Origin: a virus
Taxonomy: Duplodnaviria; Caudoviricetes
Strand: one strand, 5' to 3'
Virus record (IMG/VR): IMGVR_UViG_3300008012_000033
Span: 1-55,807 of that record
Length of the DNA stretch: 55,807 bases
The notes beneath the pieces are model-generated. The model had not been told where the DNA came from and made no database searches. It saw only the letters and a list, made by a program, of their open reading frames with translations. This document shows positions 25,998 to 36,700 of the stretch, in pieces. Position 1 is the first letter of the stretch. Each line of letters begins with the position of its first letter. A program made the position numbers and the translations under genes.

Positions 25998-28116
25998 GTA
26001 TGATGAGCAGGCTGTCAGCATTTGTCCCAACGGCACACAGGGTGAAGTTGTTGAACTCGGTGGGCTGGTCATTGTACTTCCCGCTGTCCCGCCCCAAGAG
26101 GAGGTTGAAGGATATGGACGTCCAAACGACATGCAGTTGTGGCAGAGGCGGGCTATGCCAGAAGAGCTGTCTAGGATTCGTTCTATGGATGAGTGGGGGG
26201 AGATGCCGAGGGAGTTTAGAGAAAAGTTTCGTCCGTATATCGAAGAGGAGTTTCGGCGTCGGCGTGAGGGCTTTTGGTTTTTCAACGATGGTGTCCCTAC
26301 ATATATTACGGGTCGGCACTACATGATGCTGCAATGGACGAAGATGGACATAGGCTATCCTTCGTACCTTTCTTTCCAGCGTGAAATCTTTCTCCACATG
26401 GCTGCGTGCGAAGTGGACCCACGTTGCATGGGTCAGCTCTACACTAAGTGTCGCCGTTCTGGATATACTAATATCTGCTCTTCAGTCCTGGTCGATGAGG
26501 CTACGCAGATTAAGGATAAGCTTCTCGGCATCCAGTCGAAAACAGGTAAAGACGCCCAAGAAAACATCTTCATGAAAAAGGTGGTGCAGATGTTTCGGCA
26601 CTACCCTTTCTTTTTCAAGCCTATCCAAGACGGTACGACCAACCCTCGTGTGGAGCTGGCCTTTCGTGAGCCCTCTAAGAGGATCACCAAAAACAACAAG
26701 ACGTCGTTCAAGGGCGATGCCTTGAACACGGTGATCAACTGGAAGAACACCACGAACAACGCTTACGACGGCGAGAAGCTCCATATGCTGTATCTCGACG
26801 AGGCGGGCAAGTGGGAGAAGCCCACAGACATCAGGGAGGCATGGCGCATCCAAAGGACGTGCCTTATTGTGGGTAGAAAAATTATTGGCACCGCCCTGGT
26901 GGGATCTACCGTCAACCCTTTGGACAAGGGTGGCAATCAATACAAGAAGCTGTGGGAAGACAGCGACCCCCAGTCCCGCAATGCGAATGGCAGGACGGTA
27001 AGTGGTTTGTATCGCATCTTCGTTTCTGCCGAAGAAGCCCTAGAGGGTTTTTTCGACAAGTACGGAAACGCTGTCAAAGAAGACCCTGCTGCTCCTATGG
27101 ATGGATTGGACGGTGAGTCCATCGCTTTTGGTTCAAGGACGTTTTTGAAAAACGAGAGGTCGGCTATGAAGTCGGATACCAGAGAGCTCAACGAGTTTAT
27201 CAGGCAGTTCCCATTTTCTCCTGAAGAGGCTTTCCGTGATTCTATTGAAGGCAGCCTCTTCGACATCTCAAAGATCTACGATCAGATAGAGCACAACGAC
27301 ATGCTGTATCCCAACCCTGTCGTTGAGGGCAACTTCGTCTGGAAAGATGGGAGGCGTGATACAGAGGTTGTGTTCCGCCCTATGAAGAACGGACGGTGGC
27401 GGGTGGCGTGGATGCCTCCACCAGCTTTGAGAAATAAGAGGGAGGAGCACAGGGGTAAGATGATAGCCCCCAACAGCTCTCTAGGCTGTGGGGGCGTAGA
27501 CAGCTACGACCTCGATGCCACCGTCGATGGTAGGGGGTCGAAGGGTGCGTGCCACCTGTACAACAAGTTCAGCATGCAGCATCCCTCGAACATCTTTGTG
27601 GCTGAGTATATCAGCAGGCCACCGATGGCCAAGATCTTCTATGAGGATATTTTGATGGCTTCGTTTTTCTATGGGTACCCGCTGTTGATTGAGAACAACA
27701 AGTATGGGATTGTCAGGTATTTTGAGGAGCGTGGATACGATGGCTATGTCTTGGATAGACCCGACCACCTGAAGTCCACCTCGAGCTCGGTGAATGTCAA
27801 GACGAAGGGCATCCCGTCCAACTCCCAGGATGTCTTGCAGGCTCACGCCCAAGCTATCGAAGATTACATCCATCAGCATGTAGGATACAATGAGGAAGGT
27901 GAGATGGGAAAGATGTATCTTAACAGGACACTTGAGGATTGGATACAGTTTAAGATTACGAATCGAACCAAGTATGACTTGTCGATCAGTTCGGGTCTTG
28001 CTTTGCTGGCGGCTCAGAAAGAAAAGCCAAAGGCTAAGAGGGCAGACTTCAGCGAAAAAACTTTCTTCCGCCGATACAAGTACAACGCTGGCGGCCCCTC
28101 TACTCTTCGCAAGTGA
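25978..28116 (+). CDS. terL: Terminase large subunit
   Basis: Walker A-like KCRRSGYT, Walker B LYLDEAGKW, VGST, RNase H-like GGVDSYD, LIENNK, KYDL. Confidence 0.93.
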   Translation: MLVKVDKYDEQAVSICPNGTQGEVVELGGLVIVLPAVPPQEEVEGYGRPNDMQLWQRRAMPEELSRIRSMDEWGEMPREFREKFRPYIEEEFRRRREGFWFFNDGVPTYITGRHYMMLQWTKMDIGYPSYLSFQREIFLHMAACEVDPRCMGQLYTKCRRSGYTNICSSVLVDEATQIKDKLLGIQSKTGKDAQENIFMKKVVQMFRHYPFFFKPIQDGTTNPRVELAFREPSKRITKNNKTSFKGDALNTVINWKNTTNNAYDGEKLHMLYLDEAGKWEKPTDIREAWRIQRTCLIVGRKIIGTALVGSTVNPLDKGGNQYKKLWEDSDPQSRNANGRTVSGLYRIFVSAEEALEGFFDKYGNAVKEDPAAPMDGLDGESIAFGSRTFLKNERSAMKSDTRELNEFIRQFPFSPEEAFRDSIEGSLFDISKIYDQIEHNDMLYPNPVVEGNFVWKDGRRDTEVVFRPMKNGRWRVAWMPPPALRNKREEHRGKMIAPNSSLGCGGVDSYDLDATVDGRGSKGACHLYNKFSMQHPSNIFVAEYISRPPMAKIFYEDILMASFFYGYPLLIENNKYGIVRYFEERGYDGYVLDRPDHLKSTSSSVNVKTKGIPSNSQDVLQAHAQAIEDYIHQHVGYNEEGEMGKMYLNRTLEDWIQFKITNRTKYDLSISSGLALLAAQKEKPKAKRADFSEKTFFRRYKYNAGGPSTLRK

Positions 28117-28123
28117 AAATTGT

Positions 28124-28131
28124 TATATTTG
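28124..28131 (+). promoter_or_regulatory. TATATTTG -7 element
   Basis: Intergenic, 22 nt before portal ATG. Confidence 0.6.
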
Positions 28132-28153
28132 CAAATAGCACAATAATGTTGTA

Positions 28154-30607
28154 ATGAACTATAGCGACAACAAAGGCGTATACGGCAACTTCCCAGATCC
28201 ATTTGCGGAGCCAAAAGTCAAGGAAAGTAAGTCGTATGGGCAAGCCTTTGCAAACGCTATCATGGGGCAGTGGGGTAGCTACCAGGATTCGTCCTCTCTT
28301 TTGAACAGACGTTTCTACGAGTTTGAAAAGAATCGGGACTACGCCAACGGCACGCAGGATACTTCTATCTACAAGCAGATCCTCAATAGCCTCGACCCCA
28401 ACAACGGTGACGGCACGCTGCTCAATATCGATTGGGCTCCTGTACCTATCATCCCGAAGTTCGTTAAGGTTGTCGTCAACAGGATTCTTTCTCGCAAGCC
28501 CTACCCTTCTGTAGAAGCCATCGACCCTGTGTCTCGACAGGATAAGGAAACCAAGAGGCAGGAGATCGAGATTACGATTGAGAACAAGCAAGCCTTCCAG
28601 GAGGCCAAGGCTTTGGGTCTAAGCACGAAGGTCGATCCCGACTCGGTTCCCGATACGACAGAGGAGGCCGAGATCTTTTTGGATCAGAACATCAAGACCA
28701 ACGCAGAGATAGCTGCGCAGATGGCTACGTCCCTGACGCTGGACTGGAACAGCTTCGACCAAAACACATACCGCCGCTGCGTGCAGGATTTGGTGGAGGT
28801 AGGCATGGGTGTCACCAAAAGAAAGAACGACCCCAACTACGGCATTACGACGGAGTATGTAGACCCCTCTATGTTCTTGCATAGCTACACCGAAGACCCC
28901 CACATGAATGACATCGTGTATGCGGGTCACATCAAGCGCATGTCCATCATGGACTTGAAGCGCATGGCGGGTGACGAGTTTACCGAGAAGGAATACGAGG
29001 AGCTGGCCAGGAAGGTCATGCACAAGAGCTACAACGACAAGGGGAAGTTTATGACTAGCGGTGGCTACGACCGTGCGGGACGCAAGCAGACCTATGGATA
29101 TGACGACTACTTGATCGAGGTCTTGGACTTCGAGTTCAAGAGCGTCGATACGGTGTACTACGAAAGCAAGGAGTCACGCTTTGGCAATGTAGGGTTCTAC
29201 TACAAGGGCATGGCCTTCAAGCCTGCGTCTGAATCGGTGTACGACCGCAAGCCATACAAGATGGACGTGGAGACCTTGTACGGAGGATGCTACATCGTTG
29301 ACAGCAAAAAGATCTTCAACTACGGACGGATGAAGAACATTCCCAAGAATGTTCACGACATCTCCCGTGCCGAGCTTTCGTACAGCATCGCCTGCACAAA
29401 CATCCGCCGTATGATTCCCAAGTCATTGGTGGGAGGCATCACGGGCTTCGCCGATCAGTTGCAGCTTACACACTGTAAGATCCAGCAGGCCGTAGCCAAG
29501 GCCAAGCCTGACGGATTGATCATCGACATTGAAGGACTGGAGAATGTACAGCTTGGTCGTGGCGGTGACCTGAGCCCTCTGGAGTTGCAAGACATCTACG
29601 AGCAGACGGGTATCATGTACTACCGTTCGAAGAATCCTGAGGGAGGCTTCCAGAACCCACCGATCCGATCTATCGAAAACCAGATCAGAAACATCAACTC
29701 CTTTATCACGCTGTACAATCATTACTTGAGAATGATTCGTGATGCTACGGGTGTCAACGAGGTCATGGATGCATCGACCCCCAAGGGCGATGCTTTGGTG
29801 GGCGTGCAACAACAAGCTTTGGCTGCGGGCAACAACGCCTTGTACGACATTACGAATGCGTCGCTTGTTTTGTACAGGCGTGTTTGTCAGGATATTGTCA
29901 GGTGCTTGCAGATCATCCCAGAGAAGTCAGTGCTGTATCGCACCTACGAGAAAGCCATCGGCAAGTACAACATGGAGGTGTTGAGTTCTTTCAAGGACTT
30001 ACCTATGTACAACTTTGGCATCCAGGTCATCAAGTCTATGTCTGACGAGGACCGCATCTTCTTGGAGCAGAATATCCAGGCTTCCTTGGCTCAGAAAGAA
30101 ATCGACTTGGAGGACGCTATGGCGGTGAGGCAGCTCAAGGACATCGATCAAGCAGAGAGGCTTCTGGTGGTGCGCCGTAAGCGCCGCATGGCTCAGCAGC
30201 AGCAGCTTGCTCAGCAAAACATGCAAGCTCAGGCTCAAGCCAACGCACAGGCTTCGCAGGCGGCCTCACAGTCCAAGATGCAGGAGATGCAGATGGAGGC
30301 TCAGATCGATGCGCAGAAGATGCAGCTCAAAGCTCAGGTCGATGTGCAGGTGGCTTCGGCCATGCATCAGATGAGGAAAGAGATTGAGCAGATCAAAGCT
30401 CAAGCTGTCCTCGGTGCCCGTGCCAGCGACCAGGAGTTCAGAGAAAAGATTGAGACGATGAAGGAGTCAGGCAAGGACGAGAGGATAGCACGGACGGCAT
30501 CAGAGCAGTCTAAGCTTATCTCTCAGAGAAAAGGTGAGATCCCTCGCTTACCAGAAGTCGAAGAAAAGGACGAGGGCTTGGAGAAATTTTTAGAAGACCT
30601 GATTTGA
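28154..30607 (+). CDS. Portal protein
   Basis: Follows terL; LNIDWAPVPIIPKFV, IRDATGVNE, Gln-rich C-terminal barrel. Confidence 0.88.
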   Translation: MNYSDNKGVYGNFPDPFAEPKVKESKSYGQAFANAIMGQWGSYQDSSSLLNRRFYEFEKNRDYANGTQDTSIYKQILNSLDPNNGDGTLLNIDWAPVPIIPKFVKVVVNRILSRKPYPSVEAIDPVSRQDKETKRQEIEITIENKQAFQEAKALGLSTKVDPDSVPDTTEEAEIFLDQNIKTNAEIAAQMATSLTLDWNSFDQNTYRRCVQDLVEVGMGVTKRKNDPNYGITTEYVDPSMFLHSYTEDPHMNDIVYAGHIKRMSIMDLKRMAGDEFTEKEYEELARKVMHKSYNDKGKFMTSGGYDRAGRKQTYGYDDYLIEVLDFEFKSVDTVYYESKESRFGNVGFYYKGMAFKPASESVYDRKPYKMDVETLYGGCYIVDSKKIFNYGRMKNIPKNVHDISRAELSYSIACTNIRRMIPKSLVGGITGFADQLQLTHCKIQQAVAKAKPDGLIIDIEGLENVQLGRGGDLSPLELQDIYEQTGIMYYRSKNPEGGFQNPPIRSIENQIRNINSFITLYNHYLRMIRDATGVNEVMDASTPKGDALVGVQQQALAAGNNALYDITNASLVLYRRVCQDIVRCLQIIPEKSVLYRTYEKAIGKYNMEVLSSFKDLPMYNFGIQVIKSMSDEDRIFLEQNIQASLAQKEIDLEDAMAVRQLKDIDQAERLLVVRRKRRMAQQQQLAQQNMQAQAQANAQASQAASQSKMQEMQMEAQIDAQKMQLKAQVDVQVASAMHQMRKEIEQIKAQAVLGARASDQEFREKIETMKESGKDERIARTASEQSKLISQRKGEIPRLPEVEEKDEGLEKFLEDLI

Positions 30608-30608
30608 T

Positions 30609-30965
30609 ATGAGTAAGGTAAGCCTCGATGTAGCTCAACGGTTGGACATCACCTGTCGTAAGGGTGATACATTCAACTTAGTAGTCAATGTAACAAATTC
30701 GAGTGGTGTCACTGAAAACCTGACTTCATACTCTTTTAAGATGCAGTTAAGGGAGACTGATGTCAGCACCTTGCCCACCATTGACGACAGTCAAATGACT
30801 ATAACGGGCTCATCAGGAGGGGTGCTCACGGTGACCATTCCATCCAGCGTGATGGCAAACATCAGCAGCGGTTTGTATGTCTACGATCTTCAAACGATCA
30901 AGGGCGGTATTACCCAGACATGGCTTACGGGTGTCATCACAGTCAATGAGGATGTTACGGTATGA
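30609..30965 (+). CDS. Fibre-associated Ig-like/adaptor protein
   Basis: LDITCRKGDTF...GLYVYDLQ...G.ITV.EDVT. Confidence 0.6.
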   Translation: MSKVSLDVAQRLDITCRKGDTFNLVVNVTNSSGVTENLTSYSFKMQLRETDVSTLPTIDDSQMTITGSSGGVLTVTIPSSVMANISSGLYVYDLQTIKGGITQTWLTGVITVNEDVTV

Positions 30966-32413
30966 GCGACTTGACACTTTCTGTATCGAGCAGCACCAAT
31001 GTGCTGACGAGTGCTGTTGGAGCTGATGAAATCAACCTGACTCTTAGTGAGTCTACCAATGTAGTCACGAAGGTTGTCAGCCCTGAAAACACTTTGTCCA
31101 TAGATCTTGTTGGATCTGTTACTCCTACGAGCCTAGCAGAACTGACTGATGTAAAGGTCTCAGATATTACAGATGGTCAAACATTAGTGTTCGACACTTC
31201 GTCAGGAGCATTTACCCCTTCAACTCCGTCATCAAGTCGCAGCGACTCCTCTGTTCAGTCTGTTGTGGGCGCCATGTTTACTTCAAACACGGACACTCGT
31301 ATTGCCTCTACATACGATAGCAGCACTCAAAAGATCAACCTTGTAGTGACCGATATGACGGCTGATACTCAGCTAAGTACGGAGCAGGTTCAAGATATCG
31401 TAGGCGATATGTTCAGTGGCAACACAGAGACAAGAATATCAGCGACTTACCAAGACGGTGACGGAAACATTGACTTGGTTGTTGATGCTATTCCTGTAGA
31501 CCTTACATCTGACGGGGCTGGTACAATTCATGCAAACAACGTCCCTACCCTTAACCAGAGCACAACTGGTAATGCTGCAACAGTAACAACCAATGCAAAC
31601 TTAACAGGCCATATTACATCTACTGGCAATGCTACTGTTTTAGGTTCTTTTAGTGTAGCTCAACTTAGTGCAGCTCTTTCAGACGCCAGTATATCAGGAA
31701 ACAATACAGGCGATCAAACAACCGTTTCGGGCTCTTCAGGTTCATGCACAGGAAATGCTGCAACAGCTACAGCCCTTGCTACAGCTAGAGCTATTAACGG
31801 TGTAAACTTTGACGGTACTGCTCCCATCACTGTAACTGCGGCTGGATCTACTTTGTCTGACACCGTTACTGTGGCCAAGGGGGGTACTGGGGCTACTAGT
31901 TTGACTTCTGATTCTGTTCTTACGGGTGCAGGGACAAGTGCTGTTGTAGCTGAAGCTAACCTTACGTTTGACGGCAGCATACTGACTGTGACTGGTCAAA
32001 GAAAGATCCCAACTCCAAGCAGCACTGATCAATATTACGGAGATGTAGTGGCTTTTGGTAGCGGACCCGCTGGTACTGATGGGGACATAGAGCAGGGTAA
32101 GCTGTACTATTTAGACTCTTCTCAGCAGTGGGAGGAAACTAATGCAAATGCAGCAGCCTCAGCTACAGGTATGATTGCCATCGCAGTGGTTGATGATGAA
32201 CCCAGATTTCTTGTAAAGGGATTGGCAAGACACGGAAGCTTTGCTGGTTTCACAACTGGAGATGTTTTGTATGTGTCAGGAACACCAGGAGAGATAACAA
32301 AGACAGCACCCACTGGAAGTACTGACATCGTTAGAATTGTAGGTTACTGTACAAATGGTACTCAGAGGGAGATATACTTTGATCCGTCAAAAGACTGGGT
32401 TGAGCTGTCATGA
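30962..32413 (+). CDS. Tail/head fibre protein
   Basis: LAELTDV, tandem VQ.IVG.MF..NT.TRI..TY repeat, GNAATATALATARAINGV.FDG, VAKGGTGAT. Confidence 0.78.
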   Translation: MSDLTLSVSSSTNVLTSAVGADEINLTLSESTNVVTKVVSPENTLSIDLVGSVTPTSLAELTDVKVSDITDGQTLVFDTSSGAFTPSTPSSSRSDSSVQSVVGAMFTSNTDTRIASTYDSSTQKINLVVTDMTADTQLSTEQVQDIVGDMFSGNTETRISATYQDGDGNIDLVVDAIPVDLTSDGAGTIHANNVPTLNQSTTGNAATVTTNANLTGHITSTGNATVLGSFSVAQLSAALSDASISGNNTGDQTTVSGSSGSCTGNAATATALATARAINGVNFDGTAPITVTAAGSTLSDTVTVAKGGTGATSLTSDSVLTGAGTSAVVAEANLTFDGSILTVTGQRKIPTPSSTDQYYGDVVAFGSGPAGTDGDIEQGKLYYLDSSQQWEETNANAAASATGMIAIAVVDDEPRFLVKGLARHGSFAGFTTGDVLYVSGTPGEITKTAPTGSTDIVRIVGYCTNGTQREIYFDPSKDWVELS

Positions 32414-33366
32414 GCATAAGTAAGCTTTCAGGAGTTTCTTACAACTCTATCAATAAGATTTCTGGGGTGGCAAAGTCTGGCTTGGCTAAGGTGAAAGGAG
32501 TCACTGTGCCTTCTTCATTCGCAAACACCAAGTCACTCTTTACTGATGGTGTCAATGATTTTTTTGATATAAGTTTAAGCTCAGACATTATACCTCGTGC
32601 TCAGGGGTCTGTGTCTTGTTGGGTCAACATTGATTCATCCAATACATCTTCAAAAGCTTTTTGGACAATTTTTGATTCGAGTGAACTGGCTAAGGGTAGA
32701 ATGGATTTGCTTTATTTCAACACCAGTGGGTCAAATGTTTTTGGTCTTGTGGGGCTTTACAGAGAAAACTCAATGAGTGGGAGTTTTGGCACTAGACAAT
32801 GCGCTGCAAAAACAGCGGCTTCTCATCACGGGGCTCCTTTCAATAGAATCGCAAGTGACTATGGATCATTTGGCTCAGCTTCAGACAGCATATATAATGC
32901 CAACGATATGAAAGGAAATTGGCATCACGTTGTGTACACTTGGGATACATCAGACACCTATGCGTACAGTGGCACAACACACACTGGTGTCATGAAATTG
33001 TACTTTGATGGGACGTTGGTTAATTTTGGTCAAAGCGAAGTAGCCAGCCATAATGGTACAGGTACTGCTGCGGGTCTTACTGTTGTTGCGTCAGACGTAG
33101 TTTTTGACACTATAAGAATTGGTGCAAATAGAAGTGGAGGCCAAGCAATGGACTTGTTGACAGACGAATGGGCTTTGTTTGACAAAGTTCTGAGCGCCAG
33201 CGAAGTAACAAACATTTACAATTCTGGCGCACCTGGTGATCTTTCAGGAGAGTCTGATCTGATTGGATGGTGGAGATTTGAAGACAACACAAACGACTCT
33301 TCGTCAAACTCCAACTCTGGCACTCTTACAAACGGGGCCACCTATAACGCCAGTGTTCCATCATGA
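32410..33366 (+). CDS. LamG/concanavalin A-like lectin-domain virion protein
   Basis: WHHVVYTWD, KLYFDG, IRIGA, DEWALFDKVLSASEV..IYN, LIGWWRF. Confidence 0.85.
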   Translation: MSISKLSGVSYNSINKISGVAKSGLAKVKGVTVPSSFANTKSLFTDGVNDFFDISLSSDIIPRAQGSVSCWVNIDSSNTSSKAFWTIFDSSELAKGRMDLLYFNTSGSNVFGLVGLYRENSMSGSFGTRQCAAKTAASHHGAPFNRIASDYGSFGSASDSIYNANDMKGNWHHVVYTWDTSDTYAYSGTTHTGVMKLYFDGTLVNFGQSEVASHNGTGTAAGLTVVASDVVFDTIRIGANRSGGQAMDLLTDEWALFDKVLSASEVTNIYNSGAPGDLSGESDLIGWWRFEDNTNDSSSNSNSGTLTNGATYNASVPS

Positions 33367-33596
33367 GTATGTATTGCATTGTTGATTCTTCTGAAGTTAG
33401 TTCTCTTGATTTCTCACAACTTCAAGACGACAGTATCGACGTGCTTCGATACAATTTAACCCGCACACAAGTCGTAGTGGAGTACAGCGGCTCCCAGCCT
33501 TCATTTCTTTCTGGCAAAACAGAATACACTCACTCTGAAATTTCAGCCATCATAAACGACTATGATCAGGGCTGGAATGAGCAAGATCCAGAATGA
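33363..33596 (+). CDS. Small protein associated with the LamG gene
   Basis: LDFSQL...LRYNL...YTHSEI; ATGA coupling. Confidence 0.7.
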   Translation: MSMYCIVDSSEVSSLDFSQLQDDSIDVLRYNLTRTQVVVEYSGSQPSFLSGKTEYTHSEISAIINDYDQGWNEQDPE

Positions 33597-33597
33597 T

Positions 33598-33605
33598 TAT
33601 ATTTG
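33598..33605 (+). promoter_or_regulatory. TATATTTG -7 element (possible leaderless transcript)
   Basis: 4 nt before ATG 33610. Confidence 0.55.
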
Positions 33606-33609
33606 TAAT

Positions 33610-33963
33610 ATGGACAGGTCGTCAATGAGAAAAGCCATCGCATCCAAGCTTAAAAAAGCTGGGGTGCGTAAGGTGAACTCTCCTAAGAAGACGCCTGGTC
33701 ACAAAACCAAAAAGGCTGTCGTGGTCTCCACCATTGGCCCTGGTCAAGAGTCGGGCGAGATCATTCGTTTTGGAGCGCAGTCTATGGGGCATAACTACAG
33801 CCCTGAAGCCCGCCGTGCGTTCAAGTCACGGCATGCCAAGAACATCAAGCGCAAGGGTAGTGCTGCGTACTGGGCGAACAGGTTCTTGTGGTCAGGGAAA
33901 GGCGGGAGCACCAAGCGCCCGCCGAAGAGTCAGAAGAAGGTATTCGGCTTGAAAAGAAGGTAA
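33610..33963 (+). CDS. Highly basic protein (start ATG 33610)
   Basis: TPGHKTKK..IRFGAQ..RRAFKSRHAKNI..SAAYWANRFLW. Confidence 0.72.
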   Translation: MDRSSMRKAIASKLKKAGVRKVNSPKKTPGHKTKKAVVVSTIGPGQESGEIIRFGAQSMGHNYSPEARRAFKSRHAKNIKRKGSAAYWANRFLWSGKGGSTKRPPKSQKKVFGLKRR

Positions 33964-33975
33964 GGTTGATATTCT

Positions 33976-33983
33976 TATATTTG
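33976..33983 (+). promoter_or_regulatory. TATATTTG -7 element heading the capsid operon
   Basis: 24 nt before ATG 34008. Confidence 0.6.
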
Positions 33984-34007
33984 TGGTAAAGTACAAACAC
34001 CACAACT

Positions 34008-34376
34008 ATGGCAACCCTCACCCCTACGTTAACTCTTGTGAGCACTGATATCTCATCAGACAGCCTAAATTTTTCTGTGTCTGACACGTTGACTATTGCA
34101 GCCGCAGGCCCGAATCAAGGTTTGACACGACAGACCATTACCACGTCTGACGACCAGGAACTTGTGGATGAAGCTGTTAGCGGTATCAGATATTTCTACG
34201 CCAAAAACATTGACACAACAAACTTCGTTGTGCTTCAAACTACAGCCAGTGTTCAATACGCCAGACTGAGCCCTGGAGAGTTTTGCTTCTTCCCTATCAA
34301 CGACGGGGCAGGACTGGAGGCTAGAGCCGATACAGCCAGTTGTGTTTTGGAGTATGCATTTTTCACCAAAGGCTAA
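34008..34376 (+). CDS. Small beta-rich structural protein
   Basis: MATLTPTLTL..YAKN..RLSPGEFCFFP..LEYA. Confidence 0.7.
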   Translation: MATLTPTLTLVSTDISSDSLNFSVSDTLTIAAAGPNQGLTRQTITTSDDQELVDEAVSGIRYFYAKNIDTTNFVVLQTTASVQYARLSPGEFCFFPINDGAGLEARADTASCVLEYAFFTKG

Positions 34377-34386
34377 AGAGTAGAGC

Positions 34387-35055
34387 GTGCCATTTGAACA
34401 CATCGAAATAACGCCACTCATTGCTACGGGCACGGGGTATCTTGAACAGCACGTCATCTTCGGTATGACGGAGTTTCAGATGCCTGCCAAGGACTGCATG
34501 CTTCTCGGAGGCTTTGTTCTTGATGACTCGGGGACGCTTGATTCTTACGGTCAAGACGGCGAGGCAAATGCTCATAAAATCAACAACATCAACCTGCATT
34601 TTTTTCAAAACCATTCAAGTACGGCAGGGGCGCCTCAAGAATATTTAGCTGCGGGTAGCAATGGTGTTGGAGATAAAGAGGCTATGATTAAAGCCAACAA
34701 TTATCTGGGCAGCGTTCATGTGATGAAACACGATTTTGATGACGCCGCTGCTGGCACCAACCCTCCAGTGTCTCTTGCGGTGCCCAATTATGTAGGTTTT
34801 GATTTTCCACGCATCTTTAAGCTGGTACCGTTTGGAGATAACACAGTAGATACGTCAAGCACTGCCCAAAGATTCAGACAGGGCAATGACAGGATCATGG
34901 GCTTGACCAGTACCGAGCTAGGCAACAAGATGTTTTGTGTTGCAACGATTGATGAGTTGGCAAGCGATTCTGCTACCACCACATCAGACAACGATGACGT
35001 GCCAAACTTTACTGCCCAAGGCCAAATTCGTATACTGTTGTCTTTAGAATATTGA
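34387..35055 (+). CDS. Paralogue array member 1 (GTG start)
   Basis: MPF..PAKDC..GG..HFFQ..YLG..LTS..GN..LEY. Confidence 0.8.
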   Translation: MPFEHIEITPLIATGTGYLEQHVIFGMTEFQMPAKDCMLLGGFVLDDSGTLDSYGQDGEANAHKINNINLHFFQNHSSTAGAPQEYLAAGSNGVGDKEAMIKANNYLGSVHVMKHDFDDAAAGTNPPVSLAVPNYVGFDFPRIFKLVPFGDNTVDTSSTAQRFRQGNDRIMGLTSTELGNKMFCVATIDELASDSATTTSDNDDVPNFTAQGQIRILLSLEY

Positions 35056-35061
35056 TCGACA

Positions 35062-35592
35062 ATGCCTTTCAAAAAAATCATACAAGACATCACGGTTTCT
35101 ACGACGCCGAACTACTCAAACAACGATACGTTGTTCGACATGGTAGAGGTGCAGCTTCCAGCCAAATCATGTGTTGTTCATGGCGGGTTCTTTGTGAGCC
35201 CTAACGACGGGTGGGCGTCCAATGATGAGTGCGCCATTCACTTTTTCCAAAAGAACACGCATGCACCTGGAGCAGCCAACGCAGCGTTTGGTTTGACGGC
35301 GGATCAGATGACAGAAAATGGATATCTCGGAGGACTACAGATATCAAATGACAGTTTTAGTTTTATGGTTGGCTTAGGCGACGTCATTGAGCACTACATC
35401 TTAAATAGCTTGGGTAATACCGAACGCAACGCCAGCAAAAGAAAATATATTGGCAACCTGGTTTTGACAAGCACAAATCCAGGGAACACCATATTTATGG
35501 TGGGCACTTACGATGACAATGGTGCGGATGGTACGGCAAATGCTTTCTCTGCCACAGATCAAAGTTACATTCAATTGTCACTGGAATACTAA
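35062..35592 (+). CDS. Paralogue array member 2
   Basis: Same motif series. Confidence 0.82.
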   Translation: MPFKKIIQDITVSTTPNYSNNDTLFDMVEVQLPAKSCVVHGGFFVSPNDGWASNDECAIHFFQKNTHAPGAANAAFGLTADQMTENGYLGGLQISNDSFSFMVGLGDVIEHYILNSLGNTERNASKRKYIGNLVLTSTNPGNTIFMVGTYDDNGADGTANAFSATDQSYIQLSLEY

Positions 35593-35595
35593 GCC

Positions 35596-36126
35596 ATGCC
35601 TTTTAAGAACATCATACAAAAGGTGACCGTGTCTACATCAGGCTATGCCAATCACGACACCTTGTTTGACATGGTAGAGATTCAGTTGCCTGCAAAGGAC
35701 TGTATTTTACACGGTGGATATTTTGTGGGGAATCGACAGAGCACCATAAGCCTTCAAGACGACGAGGCTGCCATTCACTTTTTTCAAAACAACACTCATC
35801 AGCCAGGCGCTGCCAATGCAGCCTTTGGTTTAACGGCGGCTCAGATCAAAGCAAACGGATACATAGGCGGGGTCCAGATTAGCGAAGAGCATATCGCCAT
35901 TAACACAATGGGGATTGACGGAGCTACGGTTCTCCAGGAGCTTTGCAACCTAAGCAACAGTTCACTCTCAAACGCTGAAAGCCCAGCCCTGAGCGATTTT
36001 GTCCTTACAAGCACTAGGATAGGGAACACTGTTTTCATGGTCGGAGCTATTGATGGCATTGATTCAGGCAACACTGGTTTTGATGCGACCGACGACATGA
36101 GAGTTATATTAAGCGTAGAGTATTAA
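35596..36126 (+). CDS. Paralogue array member 3
   Basis: Same motif series. Confidence 0.82.
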   Translation: MPFKNIIQKVTVSTSGYANHDTLFDMVEIQLPAKDCILHGGYFVGNRQSTISLQDDEAAIHFFQNNTHQPGAANAAFGLTAAQIKANGYIGGVQISEEHIAINTMGIDGATVLQELCNLSNSSLSNAESPALSDFVLTSTRIGNTVFMVGAIDGIDSGNTGFDATDDMRVILSVEY

Positions 36127-36129
36127 CAG

Positions 36130-36696
36130 ATGCCTTTTCACACAATCATAAAAGAAGTGGTCGTTGACACGAACGCCAACTACGTTAACGATGACGTGCT
36201 TTTTGTCGATTCCAGCGGGAATGCCTTGGTGGAGTTGCAGTTGCCTGCCAAGGACTGCATCATTCATGGAGGGAAGGCTATCGTTATGAATCGGGGTAAT
36301 TCTGCCAGTCAGTTAAACTCTGATGAGTGTGCCCTTCATTTTTTTCAAAATACTACGCACGCTCCAGGAGGGTTGAGTCAGGCTTTTGGATTGACAGGCG
36401 TTCAGATGGAGACCAATGGGTATCTGGGGTCGGTTCAATTTGGAAGCAGCAACATTTCGCAAGATAATTATGGGTTCACAGGTGATGTCGTCTACAAGAT
36501 GACTAAGATTGGAAACATAGGTGCCGCCGTGAACAGCACCACTCAGGTAGAAACTCCGTACATGAGCTCTTTGGTGCTGACAAGCAGCAATATTGGAAAT
36601 ACGGTTTTTATGGTGGGTACGATTGACGGGATAAGCGGTAGTCCAGATTTCGCTACTGGTGATGAAATGCGTTTTATTTTTCATGTAGAATACTGA
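36130..36696 (+). CDS. Paralogue array member 4
   Basis: Same motif series. Confidence 0.82.
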   Translation: MPFHTIIKEVVVDTNANYVNDDVLFVDSSGNALVELQLPAKDCIIHGGKAIVMNRGNSASQLNSDECALHFFQNTTHAPGGLSQAFGLTGVQMETNGYLGSVQFGSSNISQDNYGFTGDVVYKMTKIGNIGAAVNSTTQVETPYMSSLVLTSSNIGNTVFMVGTIDGISGSPDFATGDEMRFIFHVEY

Positions 36697-36700
36697 GACC

